Part shown: positions 58,258-64,000 of the stretch, piece after piece
How the letters are laid out: the number at the start of each line of letters is the position of its first letter
Numbering within the stretch: position 1 is the first letter of the stretch
Source of the DNA: Microbotryum violaceum
Taxonomy: Eukaryota
DNA: 64,000 nucleotides
Assembly: GCA_001244265.2 (NCBI GenBank)
Contig: CDLV01000008.1
Location: 1,984,001 to 2,048,000 of the forward strand
Direction: 5' to 3'
The notes under the pieces: model-generated
Seen by the model: the letters and a program-made list of their open reading frames with translations, nothing else
Databases searched by the model: none
What the model was told of the DNA's origin: nothing
Program-made: the position numbers and the translations under genes

Positions 58258-61200
58258 TTACGTGATGTAACGGAACGCGGGGTGGCTGTAAAGAAAACAC
58301 GAGTCAGCTAATGTGCGAACAGCAAGAATTATACCACTTCCAAACCCACTTTTCAGCAAGGTCACTCAATTGCTGCGGCGCGACACCTTCAAGGCGCCAA
58401 GCCTTGGTACGCGCGCGTTGCAGCTCCAGCGGCAACTGCTCAAATTCCTCATCGCCCTCTTGCACAGGACCGTATTTGGCGTCCTTGGCGCGGTTCTCGC
58501 TACCGAGGTGAAGGGTCAAACCCAGGGAGAGGACGAGGGCCATCAGGGTGAAGCCGAGACCGACGCTTTGGCCGCGAATGAACCGGGGAGCGTCCTGCTT
58601 GAAGTAGACCACCGACGATACGATACCCCCGAGCTACGAGAAAGGGAAGGAGTCAATATTGGTAGATCTCGAGCAACAAAACGACAACCTATCACTTACT
58701 TTCCGACACTGAAGAACAAGCCCATCGCCGCCGAACGCTTGGTACGATTAGGGAAGTTGTTACCCTTATGACGAACAAAACTCGGATTAGGATTCTGCAC
58801 ATCGCCGGGAACGGCAATGATATAATCGACTCACGATCCATGCAATCGAGTTGGCGATCTGTTTGATGGTCAACGAAATTGTGCACGAAGATGAGAATCA
58901 GTGTCTTTCCATTTGTGCGCCGTTTGTGCGATGACAAGCGGTAGAGCAAGACACGGAGACTCACGCAAGGGCAAAGGCCACCGACGCAAAGGAACAGTGA
59001 GAAGTAGGCGACCTTGGGGCTGTGGACGGGGTTGAGGACGAGCAAGAGAATGAAGCCAACGACTACAATCGACAGCCAGAAGACGTTGAAGAAGCCGCGG
59101 TGGCCGAGTCGATCCGAGTAGAGAGCGCCTGAGTACGGTCAAGATCCGTGCCATTGAGCTCATTTCCATGGCGGAGATTATTTTATGGGGGCGGAGACTC
59201 ACTGAAGATGGTGGTGAGGAAGGCCAAAAAGAAAGGAGGGGTCGACAAGAGCGATGCTTGCGACTTGCTGTAAGTGCCAAGCGCGGCGATGATGGTCGGA
59301 GTGAACAAGGAGAGCGAGTAGAACGGCTCGGCAACACCCTGTCGATGCGGAATCAGAATATCAAATAGAGGGCGAGGGAGTTCCATGAGCATCCGCCAAG
59401 AAAGACACTCTTAGTATGCCCAAACTACTCACGATGTAGATCAAGGTGAAACAGTAAGTCTTCCAATCCTTAAAGGCGACACGGACCTGGGCCCATGAAA
59501 ACTCTGTCTGCAGCGTCGGTCCACGATCGGCTTTTAAGCGACGGAGGACTTCTTGTTGCTCTTCGACGGACAAAAACTTGGCCTCCTCGGGGAAATCGGT
59601 CATGACGAAGGGAGCAGCGCAAGCGACGGCGAAGGTGATGATACCCTCGATCTATGGTCGGATCAAATATTCTGCGAGTTAGCAAAGAGGCTATGCCAGT
59701 AGGCCGTGAAACAGTGGGGACGCTTACGATGAAGATCCAGCGCCATCCGGCGTAGCCACCGAGACCATCCATTTGAGCAAGCCCGTGGCTGAAGAAGGCA
59801 GATACGAGAAGATTCAGATCTGCTACTCGGGCGTGTCGTCCTGGGCGGGCGATAACAGGGGCTTACGCGATCAAGCCACCAAAGGCACCGGCGAGTGTGG
59901 CGGCAGAGAAGAAGATACTGATGCGAACTGAGAGATCAAGAGAGGCATCAGTACGCCTGAAACCGGTGAACATCGAGATGTAAACCTTACTCGACTGCTC
60001 CTTCCTCTTGTACCATGATGTCAGGTAGAAGCAGGCGGCGGGGAAGAGTGGAGCTTCCGCCATACCAAGGAAGAATCGTGCCACGACGAGACCGGTAAAG
60101 CTCGTGACGACACCCATCAAGGTCATAACAATAGCCCAAACAAGCATTGCAGTGGGCAAGAGACGTGAGGGTCTCAGGCGACGAACGAAGATGACGGCGG
60201 GGGTTTCAAAGACGACACTGTGACAAGAGGCCCGCAGCGGTTGCGATCAGGATGGAGGGTCAGCTACACGGAACGGCATGGTACACCAATGGAATCAGAC
60301 CTGAGACAAGATCAAGATCAAGCACCAACTTACTAAGACACGAAGAAGACGAGCAGGGCGATCGAATATTGAGAGCCGCTCATCTTGAGCTCCTTTTCAA
60401 GGCCACTCACTGCGCGCGGCCGAGGAGAGGACGGGACGTGATCAGACACGTCACAACCAAGTGGGAATAGTCTATGTTCGGTCACTCACGTCGAGCTTGG
60501 CCACTGTGGTTTCACGAAAAGTGACAGAAGACGGACCGAGTTAGCCAGGTGCAGCAAACTTTGACCTCGGCTGCACCGGTTAGGGCCTTCGGGAACAAAC
60601 GATGTAGAAGCGACTCACATGTTGACGCGGTCCAAGAACGACATCAAGTACAGAAGGCTGCGAAAAGAGTACAAACGCGATCAGCCATATTCTGGATAGG
60701 CCGCGACATGCAGTGGCATGCGCCGCGAATGTGTGGCGACCAGACGCGCGCCGCGTGGGGGAGCCGAACGAAAGGGAGCCCGAATTGATGTGAGGGTACA
60801 ACGCGGCCGTTCCGGCGTGCCGAATTTGCCGACGAACCATAAGGTGGGCGATACGAAGTAGAATTCACTTCGCGTGGAATCGTCACGGTGACCTGGTCGA
60901 GGTCTGAGGTATCGCAGCTGATAGGTGCGTACGGGCGGGTACCAGTAGGGTCGAGTGGCACCCCCGGGCCGAGCGTGCCGGCAGCCCTACAACTTGAAGG
61001 ATTTGGCAGACGAGCGCGGAGGCCGGGAATAGATCCCTATGCCAGAGCAGACGTACGATAGGAACGGTACAATCTTCCAGTCAATCTGATGCGCAGTTAT
61101 GGATGATGTCAGCACGACTCATTGTTGCTGAAGCAACAAGGAAGACGCGACGTACTTTGCGGATCAATCGCTTCTCGTCAGCCTTCGAGAAGGGGACGCC

Positions 61201-61287
61201 GACGGGGGATCCGACCTCATCCTGCTCGAGCACCATCTTTTCATCGTCAACGCTCGAGGCATTGGTGACCACATTGAGGGGAGCCAT
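58258..61287 (-). CDS. MFS permease, anion:cation symporter family (Tna1/Dal5-like)
   Basis: RLIRKIDWKIVP, SFLDRVNIGQARL, ARFFLGMAEA..FP, YLTSWY, AGAFGGL, GWRWIFIIEG, DFPEEAKFL and terminal HPAFRYIT*. Many small exons. Confidence 0.92.
60848..60915 (-). other. Perfect four-way-junction (tRNA-shaped) element inside intron 2 of the MFS gene
   Basis: Stems GCGATAC/GTATCGC, GACCT/AGGTC, CGTG/CACG and GAAGT/ACTTC are all Watson-Crick, within 68 nt. Confidence 0.55.
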
Positions 61288-61888
61288 GTTGTTCGACGAG
61301 GGGCCCCAGAATGTCGAGAAAAATGTGAACGGAACAAAGAGTCAGGAGTGTGAAAGACGTGGTTAAAACTTTAAACTCCCGAATCCCCACTAGCACCAAA
61401 TTCAAACACGGGGCCCCCACACTCTGAGCCGGCATGCCGCTTGGGGGGCCAGGCCGATCGCTCATGATTCGGGACCACCGGTGGGCGGCGGCCGCGGCGA
61501 CCGTGGGTACCGGAACCGGGTCCGAGGTCGTACCTGTTCATTAACCGCTTCCTTTGATGCTCTGAAAGCCCTACCTCGGACGATCGTGCAGAGAGCTGCA
61601 ACCTGCCGGCCGCAGCTGCCAGCTTGGCACCGTCGCGCTTCGCGAACTTTTGTACTAGCTCGAGCGCGCTAGCTCAAGCTCAAGGGCATGAAGTGCGCGT
61701 GAGTGCGCGTGTCTCGGGGCGCCAATGGAAAGCCCATCTCTTCTTCTCTTGCCCCCGATCACACGCCTGCCTACACCACGCCCCGCCTCACAAGCGAGCA
61801 GATGCACCTGATACACCTCTGATCGTATGTGGTCAAACATTTGTCGGCACCCCGCATGTCTGTCTCGCGCATGCACATCACTCTCATC

Positions 61889-62032
61889 CGTCTTCGCGTC
61901 TTCGCGTCTTCGCGTCTTCGCGTCTTCGCGTCTTCGCGTCTTCGCGTCTTCGCGTCTTCGCGTCTTCGCGTCTTCGCGTCTTCGCGTCTTCGCGTCTTCG
62001 CGTCTTCGCGTCTTCGCGTCTTCGCGTCTTCG
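61889..62032. repeat. Perfect tandem array (CGTCTTCG)x18
   Basis: 144 bp of an exact 8-bp unit. Confidence 0.97.
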
Positions 62033-62039
62033 CCACGCC

Positions 62040-62996
62040 CATCGCTCGCAGAGCCCAGGCCTGCGCCTGAAAGAGGAGCTTAGCAGCAGGATCCCCTACT
62101 CGCTCAATCTCCACAAGTTCCTCGCGTCGCCCGACCCCCAACTCGACATCGACGTTGAATATGTCACGTTTGCGGGTACCAGGGGGCAGGAGGAGCCGAT
62201 GCAAGCTCTCTTTGACCAACTCAATGCTGTTGTGAGTTCGGTCGCTCTTCATACAGGGAAGTGATGTGACGCATCTTACTGATATTTTCCAGTTCGTGCA
62301 TCAGGGTCAAGCGGTTCGGGGTCAAGCGTTTCGACGTGTCGGCACTAGTGAGGTTCTGAGCGTGCCCGTTTCGACGTCGGAAGAGCCACTTACCTCACAT
62401 GGAGCAAGCACCCAATGCAGTGACGTTGTTCACTTTTGCTTCCACCGACCACATCGAGACGGTATGGAAGATGACAAACGAAGAATGGTACCGAGAGAAG
62501 GCACGATTGGGTCGGATGCGGGTCGGCATCCGACCCATTCATCCGACCCATTGTCGGCGAATTAACCAGGTCCTCGCTCCGGGAAAGACGAAAGGCAGGC
62601 ACAAGGCAGGCGCCGCCGCTCGGCAGATATTCCGCCGATTCTATCCCATCAAGTCGACAATCGCCCTTCGAGGGTTCGTCTATGCTTTCACACTAGCCGA
62701 GGATGGCTTCCGAGTCCTGTTCCACATTCCGGGCGGGATCATGCAAACAAACGAGTTCAATTGTTCGCGGCCCGAAGTATCAAGCTCCTCCTTCGGTTCC
62801 CTGTCCGACTTGTTATCGACACTGAACTCAACCTCGGTGCAATCATCTCGGGCGCCGCTTATCCGCTCACGGTCAACACTCTGCCGCCGATCATCAGCGT
62901 CCTACCTCAGCGGAATCGGCCGCGAACGTTCGACATGAAGCTCGTCTTTGGGAACCGATCTACCGCAACGACGCGATGACTGGAAGCCGAGCGGTA
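62040..62996 (+). pseudogene. Fragment resembling the N-terminal region of fungal-type protein kinases (FunK1/Pkinase_fungal)
   Basis: ARQIF....RGFVYAFTLAEDGFRVLF..PGG.MQT.EFN resembles the family's R.FV.GFTL....R.W.FDRSG...S..FD segment. Frameshift near 62778; truncated by an inversion. Confidence 0.45.
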
Positions 62997-63348
62997 TATT
63001 ACCCTGGTCTCTGGCGATTGACCTACCGCAACGACAGCTGCAGGGTAATGAACCGCTCGGCTTCCAGTCATCGCGTCGTTGCGGTAGGTCGGTTCCCAAA
63101 GACGAGCTTCATGACGAACATTCGCGGCCGATTCCGCTGAGGTAGGGCGCTGATAGATGATCGGCGGCAGAGTGTTGACCGTGAGCGGATAAGCGGCGCC
63201 CGAGATAATTGCACCGAGGTTGAGTTCAGTGTCGACAACAAGTCGGACAGGGAACCGAAGGAGCTTGAAGCCTTCGGGCCGCGAACAATTGAACTCGTTC
63301 GTTTGCATGATCCGCCCGGCATGTGGCACAGTCGGACTTCGAAGCCGA
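62705..63348. repeat. Inverted duplication with ~280-bp arms and a ~55-bp spacer
   Basis: 62722-62996 matches the reverse complement of 63052-63326, with scattered substitutions and different indels in each arm. Confidence 0.92.
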
Positions 63349-64000
63349 CTGACACATCTTCTGTCCCTCGTCTCCGCACTGGAGTAAATACCTCAAATAC
63401 ACCTCCTTATATAGGGGTACGGTACCTGGTACCGCCTCTTGCCGGATATCTTTGCCAGCTCTATCTCGATTGAAAGACGCTTGACCTTTTTTTCATGCTT
63501 TGCGAAGGTCAGACATGGTCGACACGTCGGGGCAGGCGGGGCTCGGTGCCTATTCTCCGATTGGTCGATTGGTCGATTGGTGGGGGCGGGGCCCGGCGAG
63601 GGCTTGGTTGACCGCGGCCCCCCGACCTCTCAAGCGCAATCCATCGCCCTAACGTCGCTCGGACGTCAACACCAGATTGATCATCCTCCGGTCCTCAATC
63701 GCGATGTCAAAGAGCGTGTGCAAGGCGTGTGCAAGGCGTGTGCAAGGGAACGAATAGTACCATCTGCTCCCCAAGCTGCTTCAATTTCGTTCTCTCGCAA
63801 CCTAAGGAGCATTCCCGAGCTGGACCGTGATGCCGGCTTCATGAAGGTCCAACATCATGGCACTGTCAAGGCTCGAAGGCCTCCCTTTGCGACTCGCTCC
63901 GTCATCGCATAATTTAGGACAACGAGATCCCTTGCAACCAGGTAGAGAGGGGTACTACAAGAAGCACTTCTTGATGGCATACTAAGTCCGATCAAGCCGG

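Noticed and set aside
60870..60970. TPP riboswitch in the MFS intron (GGGGTGC...GCTGCGATACC...GACCTCGACCAGG...GCGAAG resemblance)
   Set aside because: The invariant UGAGA is absent, the spacing is wrong, and these bases are taken up by a different, fully paired fold.
61624..62264. ORFs with (ASSRLRVF)n or (EDAKTRRR)n repeats
   Set aside because: Translation artefacts of the 8-bp tandem array.
1..64000. tRNA, rRNA, spliceosomal snRNA genes and CRISPR arrays
   Set aside because: No canonical tRNA with A/B boxes, no rRNA or U-snRNA signature, and no repeat-spacer array was seen; the sequence is eukaryotic.

Overview
Intron-rich, GC-rich fungal genomic DNA with GT-AG introns and CTRAC/CTGAC branch points. 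Gene content and style suggest a basidiomycete yeast, probably Pucciniomycotina (inference). The window opens with the right part of a decayed CACTA/EnSpm transposon (1-6567). Three paralogous membrane di-iron fatty-acid-hydroxylase/sterol-desaturase-family genes follow, interleaved with IME4/METTL3, SLD5 and CTF8. Further genes are ASA1, RPS7, a PL14 lyase, UBC8, AVT3/4, NOP9, an S9 peptidase, a triple-GNAT acetyltransferase, an ACS-family MFS permease and several low-complexity unknown genes. The window ends in repeat-rich DNA: an 8-bp array and a fungal-kinase-like relic with an inverted duplication. The most interesting unexplained signals are non-coding: (1) a ~950-nt intergenic region (13900-14845) with nested long-range helices and a CCCTAACCC telomere-template-like 9-mer, a candidate telomerase RNA or other large structured RNA; (2) a perfect 68-nt tRNA-shaped four-way junction in an unusually long intron of the MFS permease; (3) a 3-nt microexon building a His-box codon; (4) a short interspersed repeat with a 5-bp versus 22-bp target duplication; (5) an AUG-less, presequence-like N-terminal extension. 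Exon boundaries were read by eye and no database searches were run.
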